DNA of 57,738 nucleotides, counting the filler, from Rhizaria sp. SCN 62-66 (lineage: Eukaryota): NCBI GenBank assembly GCA_001724265.1. It is 2 parts of 2 records of this genome, joined end to end, with 100 filler letters (N's around TTAATTAATTAA, not from the genome) between each part and the next. Parts side by side here need not be neighbours in the genome. Positions count along the whole stretch, not along the records: positions 29,976 to 57,738 come from MEDY01000396.1; 1 more part is not named here. One strand, written 5' to 3'. This document shows, piece by piece, positions 42,976-54,936 of the stretch. The notes beneath the pieces were generated by a model, which was given only the letters and a program-made list of their open reading frames with translations, did no database searches and was not told where the DNA came from. The number at the start of each line of letters is the position of its first letter. Within the stretch, counting starts at the first letter, position 1. Position numbers and translations under genes: made by a program.

Positions 42976-45900
42976 TTAAAGCAGCATACGTGAAAAATCA
43001 TTCATATATGCCGCCACCACGGTATCGATCGCCTCAACAGCAGCCGCAGCAGCAGCGTCCACAGTCAGCGTCGGGCGCCACGGTAGCGCCACTCGATCAG
43101 CACTATCTACCCTCGCATTTGCACCGGAGAAGCTCGCGCTCGCGCTCGTTGTGACGACCGTGGCGGCGGCACCGCAGCCCTGCTGCTGCGTGACCCAAGC
43201 CAGCAGCAGCGCAGCAGCCTCCCAGCGCGCGTGCGGGCGCAGCGCAGCGTACGCCCGCGCCAGCGTCGCGCCGTCAACGGCCGAGCCCAGAGCCTGCTGC
43301 AGCGCAACGGGCACGGCCCCCGCGGTCGCGATCAGCAGCTCACGCGCGTACGGCGTGGCGACCCCCGCCGCAGCTGACGCCGCCGCCGCGCGCGCGGGCG
43401 CTCCGGCCGAGCCCCGCAGCGCGCCGGCCAGTTTGGTCACGACGGCGGGCGGACGGCCCACCGGCAGCGGCGCAGCGGCCACCACGCCGGAGCCCGCGGC
43501 GGCGTCCGCGGCGGCGGATGCGGCGGCCGCGGAGCCCGCCAGCGGAGCCTGCGCGGCGTCGAGGCAGTACAGTCCACCGGTCGACGCCGCGTGGGTGGCG
43601 AGTGCAGCGACACGTGCCCAGTCGACCGCAGCGCCCGCACAGCCAGATAAAGCGCGGGAAACGCAGGGCGCCAGCGCGGCGTCGCCGCCGTACAGCCACG
43701 GCCACGCGCCGTCGGCGTTCTCAGCACTGTCTGCAGCTGCGGCGTCAAGGTCGACGTCGTCCGCAGCCGCCGAGGCAGACGCAGACGCTGACGCAAAGGA
43801 AGATGACGAAGAGTTGGCGTTGCGGGCGCGTTTAGCAGCCTGCGTTGCAGGGTCACCACGGCGAGTTGCGCGGCGGTTCTTATCACGCGCGCGCGCTTCT
43901 TTCGCGTTCACGTCAGCAAGCGCCGTCGCGTTGGCCTGGCGCCAGCCGTCGACCGCAGTCGCAGCGAGCACGGCCACGGTCAACATGCGCAGGAAGAGAA
44001 ACTGCGGCAGCGTCAGCGGCGCAAGCGGGCCCACCGCGCCTGCAACCGAAGCCCACACGTGCGACGGCGCGGGGGTGGTTAACAGCGCAGTAACATCGGC
44101 CTCGTTCAGGAACGTGCCTTCTAGTGGCGTCTCGGTGCTACTGCTGCTCCGCGCGGCCGCGAGCGAGAGCGCGACAAACGGGTGTGTCGCGGCGGCCGCA
44201 GCGACTGCGGACGCTGTAGCGTTCGGGCCTAGCAGCGCCGCGGCCGCTGCGGTGCCCAAGCGCGCGTGCAGGGCGCTGGCGGGCGCTTGGCCCAGCGGCA
44301 CAAGGGGGGCCAGAACGTTTATGAGCGCTGCTGGGTGCACCGCGCCAGTAAGGCGCAGACGCTGCGGCAGCGCGGCGTTTGCGGGCGGTGCGGCGCGGCG
44401 CAGCAGATGCTGCAGCGGGGACGTTGCGTCAGGTGACATGAACAGCAGTGAGCCCGCGTCGTCGCTCAGTGCGAGCGCGCGCGAGCCCGGTAGGGGCGCG
44501 GCGTCAATGCACCAGCGCTGCGCAAAGTCACGTGCAGCGGGCAGGAGCGCGTCAGCAGCGGCGTCGTAGCGCAGCACCGCCACGGACGCGTTGAGTGTGC
44601 CCATCACAAGCACTTCCTCGCCTTCGCCCTCGCCTTGGCCCTGGCTCTCAGCATCCGCACTGGCGTCGAAGGGTGACGAACGGCCCGCGCGCAGTGAGAG
44701 TACGAAGATCTCTCCCGTGTACGCGGCCAGCGGCAGCAGCCGGAACGGATATCCGGTCTCCGCGGCGGCCGGCAGCGCGGCGCGGTGCCAGCCGTAGATG
44801 TGCACCGCGCCGTTGACCGCAGCGGCGAGACAACCGCGGAATACCGCAAGCGCGCTCACTGCGCCGGCGACCGTGCGCCGCGCCGCCACGCTTACAGCCA
44901 CGCCTCCCGCGCGCACGCCGCCGGGGCCGGCGTCGGCGGCGGTGGGCGCGACAGTAAGCACGAGAATGCGGCCCAGCGCGGGCTCAGCCTCGCCGGGGCG
45001 CGAGAAGCCTGTGCCGACAGCGAATGCCGCGACGCCGAGCCCGGCCGCGGCCGGGGCGGCGCGGCGCAACGAGGCCGTAGCGCCGGGCGCGAGCCGCGGA
45101 AGCGCGACGGGCACCACGCACAGCGGCTCCTCACCGGGCAGCAGGCGCAGCGCGGCGAGGTAAGACATGCCCAGCACAGAAAAGAACCGCACAAAGCCTT
45201 CTGCAGCGGGCTCATTCGCGGGGGGCGCGGCGCCAGTCACGCGCGCGAGAGCGGACGCGGGCGACGGCGCGGTGTCGGCGGCGGCCGCGACTGCTGCGGC
45301 TGCGGCGGCGGGTTCATGGGCGACGGAGAACACGGGGGCGTCGCGCGGGGCCGGCGCGGCGGCGGCGGCGAGCGCACCGACGGGGAGTGGTGCGGCCAGC
45401 GCGGCGGCGGACAGCGCAACAGCGGGGCGAGCAGTGTCCGCCGTGAACGGCAGCAGCGCGTCGGCGCGTGGCTTCACAGTTGCCACGGCAACGACTCCGA
45501 GCCGCGGGCAGAGTGCAGCGCGGCGCGGCTGCTCATCAAGCGCATACGCGCGCTCAAGAGGCGCTGTTGAGGACTGCAACGCGTGCAGGCGCGGGGCCAT
45601 GCGCGGCTGCGAGCGGCGGGCCAGCGGGGCAGCAGGCACAGTGAGCAGAGCGTCACTGGTGCAAGCCGTAGTTTCCACTCCAATCGTGATGGCAGCTGCG
45701 CAGACAAGCGGGCCACTTGCCAGCGCCAGCGGAATCAGCGGAGCGCGTTGCGCAGCTTCCTCGGCGTCGTCCGCGGCTTCCTCGTCCGTGCGCAACGTTT
45801 GCGGGACGGGGTCATCGCGCGATTCGATCTCGATATCGCTGTCGTCACCGCTGTTCGTAGTCGCCTTCTTGACAGCCACGGGAGCTGACAGCTCCACACC

Positions 45901-48900
45901 GGGTGTCGCAGACGAGAGCTCCAGTGCAAGAGGCTTGTCACACGCGGCAACTTGCCTCGGCTGCAGCACCGTAGCGCGTCCACGCGAGTCCCGCGTTGCG
46001 GTCACAACCACATTTAACGCAGGCGCGCCGCTTGCGGTGGCCGTTAGCATGTGGGGCGCGCCCACGGCGAGCGCCCAGCCTGCCGCGCCAACGGCGGCGC
46101 CGACGGGGACAGACAGCAGCGCACCGGACGCGAGCGCAGCGACAAGCGTAAGCGTGCGCGGCGGCGTCCGACCAGCAAGTACTGGTGCAAACGCAGCATC
46201 GGAGTCAGAGTCGGGCACCGTTAGCGGCCGTAGGTCAGCCAGTGCAAGCGAGGCTGCGTGCGACGCGCCAGGCAGCGGCACTGTCGCAAGGTGAGACAGC
46301 GCAGTTGAGCCCGCGCGCCATGCGAGCAGCTGTAAAGCCGGAGGTGCAGCCGCGGCAGCACAAGTCGCCACGGCCAACACGGATACCGAGTCTAACGCGG
46401 TCGAAGCGGGTGACTCGAGAGCGCATAGTTCGCCGTCAAGCAATACATGTGTGACGGGAGCGGAGGCGTTTGCGCCTGCGGTGGCCGCTGCAGCAGCGCG
46501 TGTGGCGGGCAGCGCAGACGCAGCGGCTGCAAGCCCTGCCCAGGGCAACTGCGGCGCTGCGAGAAGGTACGCTGCGACAGCACTGCCCTCGGCAGCCAGA
46601 GGCATCGCGGTGACGACGTCAAGCGTCCAAGTGGGGAGCGAGTCTCCAGTTGCAAGGCGAATCTGCATCATAGCTAACGCGTGCGTGGGCTCGGTGCCAT
46701 CCTCAACTGCAGCCATGAGCGCAAGAGAGACTATGCCGCTCTGCAAGGACGCCGCCGAGGTCGCATAGACGGCAGTCGCTGACGCGGCTACACCGAGCGC
46801 GGATGCTATAGCCGGCCACACGTCAGACACGGCAACCCTCAGCGCCGTGGCACCGCTGCCCCACACAAGCACAGCGTCAGGCGTCACTTGAACCAGCGCG
46901 CTCACTGCTGCAGCAGCAGCAGTGCACTCGGGACCGAGCGGTGCAGTCAGCACCGAGCCTAGGTACAGCGTTGCCTCCGCGCTCGCGTCGCGACTGACCT
47001 CCGCCGCTGCAGGAACAAACTCCGTGCTCTCGGCTGCACACAGCGCCGCAAGAGGTCGCTCTAGCAGACGTGCATCAAGCCTGGGCTCAGCGATCCCCGC
47101 GAGAACGCACAGCGCGCCGGGCGCCCACTGTAGCGGCGCGTACGCAGTGAGAAACGCCCCGCAGGCACAGTTGCTTTCGGCCGCACCGCCGCGACGGGGC
47201 GCGCCGCACGCGCAGTTCGGCGCCATCAGCGCGGGCAGTGCGCGAGCGGGCGCGCGCAGTGTGATGCCGCGGCGCAGCAGCGTGAGCGCACCGCCGGCCG
47301 CCGCGCCGCCGCAGAGAAGAACGCCACCGCCGAGGTGCGCAGGTAGAGCGAGAGCGTCCACCGCTGGTGCCGCGCTTGGGTACGTTGCCTCCACACGCAA
47401 CAGCTGCTGTGGGATGGCTGCACTTGCTGCGTTCTGCTGGTGATGTTGCTGTGAGGTCAGTGCGGTGAGTGCAATGCGGAGCAGTTGTGAGGGCGCAACC
47501 GCGGATGCGAGGAAAAGATATCCGCTGTCGAGATAGGCCAGTGCGGCCGCGGGTGATGCAGAGCCAAGTGCACGGTAGCGCAGCCGCACGCGCGGCGCTG
47601 ATGTGTCAAACCCAGCGAACGTGTCGTCCGGCACTGTCGTCGAGAACGTCAGCGCCGCCTCAGTCGCTGTACCTGGCTCAGCCTTGACCTCGCCGCGCTT
47701 GTGGCCGCTAGTATGGGTGTGCGCAGGGAAAAACGTTTCGATCTCAAGTAAACCCAGTTGTCCGGTCGAGTCGCTGACGAGCACGCGCGACACACTGCCA
47801 ACAACGCCCGCCGCGCGCAGCGGCGCGGCCCCAAGCACCGCCAGCGCCGACAACCCGGCGGCGGCCGACACAGGCCGAGTGGCAGACACGACCGTGAGCG
47901 CGCCCGCCGGCAGCACACGGCCCGCAAGAGCGTTGGCGGTATCAGTCAGCGCAGCACCCGCGCCCAGCGTCGTGGCTACCGCTGGCGGCGGCGTCGGAAC
48001 GGGGGCGCCAGCGAGGACGGCGCGCACGGCGGCCAGCGCGGCGGGGTAGATCGCAGTCGCGTGCGCGCGCGCGTCGGACAAAACGCGCGCAAACACTGCG
48101 GGGGGCAGCGGGGAGGGCGCGTCCTCACCCGCCGCAGCCGCACCCGCCGAAAGCGCCGCCGCCGCTGCTGATGCTGCTGCATTAGAGCTTGAGCTAGCGG
48201 ACGAAGCAGTAGCGAGACGACTGGCGGCGCGAGGGGGCGGGAGCGCCACGCCCGCGCGCGCGCCGCCGTCCTTGCCGTTCGCGTGCAAACACGCATGTAC
48301 GCCGGGGCCCAGCACGAGCAGTCCGCCGGCCGGCAGCGCGGCGAGCGTGGTCGCAGCGGGCGCGACCTCAGTCACGGGCCAAGGACCGGGCACGAGCGCG
48401 AGCGCTGCCGTGGGCCGCTGCACGCGCGCGGAACCGGTGCCGGCGCCGGTCGCAACGGCGGCTGCGGCGGCCTCTGCGGCGGCGGCGGCCAGACGCGGCG
48501 GCAGCGAGGATGTGAGGTGCTCGATGACAGCGTCAGCCGCGTTCACCACAACACGGGTGTCGGCGCCGGTCACGAGGTAGGTCCGCACGAAGCGGCGCGC
48601 AAGCTCGTCCTGGAACAGCACGGCGAGCAGCGGCAGCAGCCCCGCCGGCCGCGCGACGAACGCGAGAGACAGAATCTGCAGCTCTTCGATGCGCACGTCC
48701 ACGCCCCGCACGCGCCCAACAGCACTCGCACCCAGGCCTGCACTGGCGCTCGCACTGACGCTAGCGCTGGAGCTAGAGAGAGCGTTGGAGTGGGCGCTAG
48801 AGCTGTGGTGAGAGACGGAGCGCGCCGCCGTGCCGTCTGGCGCGAGCGGAACAAGGTGGATCAGACCTGCGTGCGCGTGCACTGCGAGAACGCCAGCGGC

Positions 48901-49593
48901 TGGGTCAACCGCGCACAGAGGGCCGGACTGCGCGCGCGGGGGCGCGGCGTCGCCCGCAAAGCCGGAGGTGCCGGCGCCGGCGCAGCTGCCGGAGAGCCGC
49001 GTGCGCAACGAAGGCGGCGCTGCGCCATTGGCACTGGCACTGACACTGGAGTCGACACTGGCACTACTGGCACTGGCGCTGATGCGATTATGAGGAGAGC
49101 TGGAACTGGCACCGGGGGGCTAGCACGTAACAGAAAAGAAGCGCATCTCCTGCGTGCACACAAAGAGATAGTCCGTCATGCGTGGCTGAGGCAACGGCGG
49201 AAGAGTGGTCTCCGTCTCAGCGGCAGCGGCGGCTGAGGCACTACGGCGGGCTGAGGGTGGCGGCGGCAGGGACGCGATGAGGTGTTGCCGCGCGAGACGA
49301 GCGAGAAGCTCGCGCGGCTTGTAGAGAAACATTCCCGCAACGGCGCCGTGCAGCGGGACGCGGAATGAGTCTAAACCACGAGGGGTGACAAGTCCGACCT
49401 CAAGCGCGGAGCCCTTGGCCACCACGACGTTCAAGTCGGTCTCGCCCGTGAAGCTGCCCGAGCACGCGTGAGTGGCGGCGGTCGCCTCTTGGGCCACGCC
49501 AAAGTACTGGTAAGGCGTCGGCTGTGCGGGAGGATCACCGAAGTGCAGGGGCGCGACCGGTGTGGGAGGCGCGTCGGTCATCAACTGACTCAT
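42976..49593 (-). CDS. DDB1: DNA damage-binding protein 1 (CUL4 adaptor)-like, expanded to ~2,205 aa by Ala-rich insertions; one in-frame TAG at 49120-49122
   Basis: N-terminus YFGVAQEATAATHACSGSFTGETDLNVVVAKGSALEV...TDYLFVCT matches the DDB1 start. Same frame after the TAG: SGPLCAVDP...GLIHLVPL, DVRIEELQILSLAF, LAYLDSGYLFLAS..PSQL, AVGTG..PGEAEP.LGRILV, GAV..L..FRG.L.AAVN, AARDF...W. Final stop TAA. Confidence 0.85.
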
Positions 49594-49882
49594 CCTGCTC
49601 AAGTCAGACGAGGGGTGGGCGCGCGGGTGCGGAATGGAAGCTCTATGAAGGATCTGAAGGAAATAATAAACAAAAATAGAACATCAGTGTGCCATATAAC
49701 GTTGATTCAAAAATGCACTCTGTACACGGAAGTTTGACTTCACAGCACAAGTGTTGGACACTCCCATCAGGTCCGAAGTCGGCCGAGACTGTGGCACCGA
49801 GGCAGGCAAGTGAGCTCACTTTATCTAGATCAAAGGCCGTCGAACGGGTTCGTGTGAATCAACAAGCACACTTTGTTTCATT

Positions 49883-50574
49883 ATGGTACGTCTAATTAAT
49901 TGTCTTCGCTAAATTACATATTTTAGATATACCATCCAGCCGCACGTGTATTCGTTTTGAGATCTCACATGCCCTCCTACGTCGTCGGTGCCTGTTAGGA
50001 GCTTGACCGTCGCATTCTGGACTCGCTGTCGCTGGGCAACAGCGAGGGCGTTTTTGACGACAAGCAGTTTGCGAAGCTTGCCGACGCGGTTGCGCGCGTG
50101 GCGTCGAACGAGGTGGACGCCGAGACGATGGAGAAGGTCCTCGCGTCGATGAAGACTGACGCCCTCAAGACGAAGCAGCTGTACACTGCGCTGCTCAACC
50201 TGGCCTATGAGGCCGCTCGCCACGACGCGAAGCTCCCCGAGATCACATCATTTGTCGACGACCGGCTGTCGAGCGACCGCCTGGAGGCTTTCTACTCCAT
50301 CTTCGACGCCAGCAAGGCCAAGATCCGCTCTCAGCTCGCTCGCAACTCGATTTCCTTCCCCGACGTTGTCGACATCGCGTGGCGCCTCGACTATTACGTG
50401 CAAAACAATCAGCTCGAGCACATCCGCACGCCCGTGTTTTTCGTCACGCTTACGACGCAGGCCGCGGACGGTTCGCTGGGCACGGTCGAGTTCACTGCGT
50501 CTGTGCAGGAGCTCCAGGACCTCCTTGCGCGCGTCAAGGAGGCCTGTAACGCCGCCAAGCTCGTCACTATCTAA
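49883..50574 (+). CDS. COMMD3: COMM domain-containing protein 3, 192 aa (exon 1 is the ATG only, 49883-49885; intron 49886-49998; exon 2 49999-50574)
   Basis: ATG|GTACGT...TTAG|GAG gives M-E-L-D..., like the MEL start of COMMD3. COMM domain: PDVVDIAWRLDYYVQNNQLE...P.FFVTL...FTASVQELQDLLARVKEA. Stop TAA. Confidence 0.88.
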
Positions 50575-51065
50575 GCCCTACGTCACGCAACTGCGCTACT
50601 CTACCCCACGGCACACATCCGACGGCATTGCGCTGTGTCTGACGATCGGCGCGCGACTTGCGATCGCTGTGACGCGCACTTCAGCTGTCATAAGTGTGCT
50701 GCACGACAGGCTGGTCACATCTTTCTCGTGGGCGATAGGCCAAGCAGGCCATTTATCGTGTGTAATCACTGTCCAACGCTGTGGAAATCTACCCGCAACG
50801 TGCTACAAAGCAATATCTGTTATTTTTTCTCTTGCTATCGTCTCTTTATCATCATGCGTCGCAGTTAACGTATTTCAGTGCCAACTGAGGAAGTAAAAAG
50901 TGTTCGAAGTGAGTTGTTTAGAATATTTGTTTAGATTTATTTTTTCACATATACAAAATAATACACCTATTTTTCATTCATCACATCTATCTACCAGTTA
51001 TTTTCCTTTACCGACACAAATCGCTATGATTGTCAATTGCGACTTGCGCACTATTCGGCACTTCC

Positions 51066-52793
51066 TTAGAGTTTGCCGGCCTCGATGCGCGCGAGCTGTG
51101 CGACAACGAGCGCAGTCTCCCCGTCGACCATCTTGCGCGCGAGCCGCGTGAAGGCCGTATCCGGCACCGCCTCGCCCTCGGGCCCCGCCTCCGCGGCGGC
51201 GGCAGCAGCTTTGCTGGCATCATCCCCGTCGCCATCATCTTCAACGATCTCGAGTTGCGCGCCCTCACGCCGCTCCGCGCTCTTCTGCGCGGCCTTGGCC
51301 ACGGCGCGCGCCGCCTCGGCCGCGGCCGCCGGGTGCGCGGCCTCAACGTTGGCCTTGAGGGCTGACATCACGCGCACGCGCCAGTCGTCAGGGCAGTCGT
51401 CTGCGAAGAGCCAGTGCTTGGTGCGCTGCAGGATCTCAAGCATCTCGGCGCCGTCCATGCCAGGCTTGCTGGGGTCCACCCCGGCCTCCTTAAACGCCTT
51501 GGTAAGCCCCAGCAGCGCTGCCGAGACTTCCTCGCGCGTCATGCATTGCACGGCGAGCACGCGCCACACGTCGCGCCACTGGTCCAGCGGCGCGAACGGC
51601 GGGGGCACCGCCCCGGCCGCGGCGCCAGTCGCCGTCCTGATCGGGACGGCGAACTCGGCGTGGGTCAGCCCCAGGCGCGCGGAGACCATGGCCTTGATCT
51701 TGAACAGCGGGTCGCCGACAGCGAGCGAGAAGCGGGCCAACAACCTGTCTCCCGGAAGCGCCGGGACGACGAAGCCCTGGTAGGCAAAGAGCAAAGAGTT
51801 CGGCCGGCCGCCGTAGTCGATGTAGATCTGCCCGCCATTGGCCACAGCAGCGTGCAGGAACGACTCCGAGCTCTGCGTCGGCCAGTCAAACGCCGACTTA
51901 AGTGCGCCGCCGAACGGAGCGTGGTTGAGCGAATCGAAGCCCGGGATGAGAGCGATGGTGGTCACTGGGCGGCCGCCGGGACGAAAAGACGACGCGAGGA
52001 TCTTGTTCTGGCGCGCCATGAGCGTAGCGACGGCCCAGCGGAACTCGCGAAATGTGAACTCGGGGAGCTTCACCCCCTGGCGCGCGCGGGCCGCGGCGAT
52101 CTGGTCCACGGCGTCGACGTACTGACGCACGTGCGTCGTCACCATGAGCAGCGCGGCGGCGTAGGTCGCCGAGCCCTTGAGCGCGCGTAGCTCTGCGGGC
52201 GACGCGTGCAGCGGCGTGGTGTACGCAGCGGGGAGAATCGCCAAGTACGGCGCCCAGAAGGAGCTGGCGCCCGCGAGACGTTCAAAGAGGAGGTGGAGTG
52301 CGGTGGCGAGAGAGTGCGACCGCTGCAGACGCTCGTCGCGCTCGATGACGACGCGCAGGGGCGACTCGAGCGCAGTCTCAAAAGTCAACATCGCCTTGCG
52401 TGGGATGCGCATGAAGAGCTCGTCGGCTTCCAGGTCACGCGCGGCGACGACGCCGGAGCCCTCGGGGACGGCGGAGGAGAAAACGAACGAATCGTCGAGC
52501 CCGCTGTCGGGGGCGACGCGCTTGAGCCACTGCGCAAACGTCACGTAAAGTGTCTCGAGCTCGTCCGCGGAGACCTCGACGTCCATAAATGAGGGCGCGG
52601 AAGGGTTCTTCTGGGCCTCGATGAGCGTCTGCAGCAGAGGCCAGAGCTGGGCGTAGTACACCTCAAGCTCGGCCACTGACGCGGGGCGCTGCTGCTCCAT
52701 CTGCTTCTGCGTGTACGCCTCCGTCGCGCTGCGCAGGGCCGCAAGGGCCTTTTCAGTCCGGTCCAGCCGGGTCTGCGCGTACAGGTTTGACAT
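51066..52793 (-). CDS. SETD3: SETD3-like SET-domain (protein-histidine/lysine) methyltransferase with Rubisco-LSMT-type substrate domain; possible extra 5' exon 53060-53004 via intron 53003-52806
   Basis: EGSGVVAARDL, IPRKAML, HLLFER...SFWAPYLAILP..YTTPL, FRWAVATLMARQN, ALIPGFDSLNH, QIYIDYG.RPNS.LF..QGFV, DPLF..K. The upstream GTGAGT...ACTAAT...CAG intron is phase 0 and in frame, so the start is uncertain. Stop TAA. Confidence 0.82.
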   Translation of the reverse strand: MSNLYAQTRLDRTEKALAALRSATEAYTQKQMEQQRPASVAELEVYYAQLWPLLQTLIEAQKNPSAPSFMDVEVSADELETLYVTFAQWLKRVAPDSGLDDSFVFSSAVPEGSGVVAARDLEADELFMRIPRKAMLTFETALESPLRVVIERDERLQRSHSLATALHLLFERLAGASSFWAPYLAILPAAYTTPLHASPAELRALKGSATYAAALLMVTTHVRQYVDAVDQIAAARARQGVKLPEFTFREFRWAVATLMARQNKILASSFRPGGRPVTTIALIPGFDSLNHAPFGGALKSAFDWPTQSSESFLHAAVANGGQIYIDYGGRPNSLLFAYQGFVVPALPGDRLLARFSLAVGDPLFKIKAMVSARLGLTHAEFAVPIRTATGAAAGAVPPPFAPLDQWRDVWRVLAVQCMTREEVSAALLGLTKAFKEAGVDPSKPGMDGAEMLEILQRTKHWLFADDCPDDWRVRVMSALKANVEAAHPAAAAEAARAVAKAAQKSAERREGAQLEIVEDDGDGDDASKAAAAAAEAGPEGEAVPDTAFTRLARKMVDGETALVVAQLARIEAGKL

Positions 52794-53239
52794 GTCGGCT
52801 CCGGGCTGCGAATGCGGCAGTCGCAGTGGGGGAGCGAGTGGAGAGGGATAGGAGAAGTGCGAAATGATGCGGATTAGTCGGTTATTTGTGGACATGTGCA
52901 TTGTAATTTAGTGATCATGTACACTATCGCTGCTTCAATTCTGTTCTATTAGTGAAATGCTATATGACGGAAGACTGACCGAGAACATGATGTTGAAACT
53001 CACTAAACGGGACGCGTGCTGTGAGCCCGGCGCTCGCCACGATAGGCTCCGTGCGACCATAGAACAACGTATAGACGGTTTATGATGTCCAACATTTGTC
53101 TAGATCCTGACACATCTGGAATATATTGAGCGGTGAAGCCTGTTGTACATAATAGGTGAAATTTGTGTATATAACGTAGTCCCATATCTTCCTAGCCCCC
53201 TTCCTCTGATTCTGTTGTTTTGCCTTCGCTCATGTCGTC

Positions 53240-54206
53240 TTAATCAACCATGAGCTTCTTGGCGCGGAAATACCGCTTAAGGTACCAGATCTGCAGGAGG
53301 CCCGTGCCGACCAGAATGATGATCGCCACGACGTTAAACCACAGAACCTGCGACGCCGTGTTGGCGTTGAGCTCGCGCATCTCCTCCTGGCGGCGACTCA
53401 ACCACGTCTCATCGCGGCGGATGCCGGAGACGATCTGCTCCAAGTGCGAGACCTGCACCTCAAGAGGGCGCAGGTTCTTCTTCGTGGCCACGTTCTTCGG
53501 TTTGGCCTCGGCGCCGGTCAGCAGGCGGAACTTGATCGTCTTAGGACCCTCTGTAAAGATAAAAAGAACAAAGAATCCAGGTAGACAGAGTGAGTGTGTG
53601 TTGGATAAAGGGAATACATCAAATGAAAGCAGCAACTCCTTAGGACAGAATAGATGGCTATCCAACATAGCAGTATCTGCGTCCGCTATGCACATAAATG
53701 CACAGAGTCAGCTATCTTGTGAACATGTGCAACTACCGGCGAGGTTGCGGCACGGTCACAAACGTACCATGATCAACGGTATTAGAAAAGCACGCCTTAT
53801 ACTCTCCGTTATCCGCGGCGGTGTATGCAAAGTTGCCCTCGAAGGCGTGGGGCTTGTGGAAAGCGACGGCGCCAAGGGGGTCGCGCACGTTGACAGCGAC
53901 GACACGGCCCTCGGGCTCGACCCAGAACTCGCCAGAGACGTACTCGCCGCGGATCACGTCTTGGCTGTAGGCGCAGAACGCAAAAGAAAGCACAAAAAGC
54001 ACGTGGAGGTGAGATTGAGGCATGCATAATCTGCAAGAGAAAGAACATTCATGAGAGAGAAACAACCCGAGAGAGAGGGAGTTGTGGGTGGGGACGAACC
54101 TGATGCAAGTCTCCTCGCCGACGCGGAGCGTGAAGCCGAGGGCGCTGACACCGCCAAGGGTCGCAATAAACGCGACCGCGGCAGCACACAGCGCGAGCAA
54201 ACACAT
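53240..54206 (-). CDS. p24/emp24/gp25L GOLD-domain cargo receptor (TMED10/p24-delta-like), ~204 aa; exons 54206-54100, 53964-53768, 53550-53240
   Basis: Spliced: signal peptide, ETCISQDV...GNFAYTA...GEYKACFSN, coiled coil REEMRELN-like segment, TM helix, tail QIWYLKRYFRAKKL. Introns GTTCGT..CAG (135 nt) and GTACGT..CAG (217 nt) keep the frame. Start uncertain. Stop TAA. Confidence 0.9.
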
Positions 54207-54936
54207 GAGGTCTAAGCATGGGGGGCAAGCAATGGGGGCAGAAGGAAGATGGGTTGTTGGGTTAGTTTGACTCAGCAAACGCGCGCTAAAATCACGCCAC
54301 GAGCACAGCGTAAACAGAAGCCGAAGAAATGAAGGAAAGATATAGTATTCAATGATGTCGGAAACCTAGAGTACACGCAGTTGCATAACGCCATTATGGA
54401 CAGATGTAGCACATATCGCTGTTGATTTTGGCCGATTTAGCTGACGCTTCGTCAAGAGCTGCGACCGTGGCCGACCGTGGTCGCCGTGTAACAACCAACC
54501 GAGATATCTCCCGAGCTATTGTGCGCTGTATAACTATCGTCTGGCTTCGGAGGTTACTGTTTACAGCGTCATCATGCACATCTGAAACATATTTCTTTAT
54601 TATCCCCCACCATTTGCTGAGTCTATCTCGCTCTAGTCTTGTCGAGATACGCTGCCGCGCAGGCGAGACAACCGCTCCAAATACTCTTGCTTTCGTCGCC
54701 CTAAAGCCACAAACCATCATTTATAGTTGTAACCGCGGGATTTTAGAGTGTACCCACGCTATTCCGATATGTAGTGCCGTGTGATTTGTCTTAGATGGTC
54801 TTACTTGTGCGTCTGATTCGAAGTTACGCTCGCAAGTCGCCTTCGCCAAGTCCTATCCCCACCCTCGAACGATATCATTTGCCTCACGTTCCGCCTCTTG
54901 TTCACTGTTTCTCGCCTTGTTTCCGCAGACGGCGCA

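Noticed and set aside
49969-49998. Apparent third in-frame TAG (ATG 49969...TAG 49996-49998) at the start of COMMD3
   Set aside because: Better explained as the acceptor of an intron starting GTACGT at 49886, right after ATG 49883, which yields the conserved M-E-L start. Not counted as evidence for TAG reassignment.
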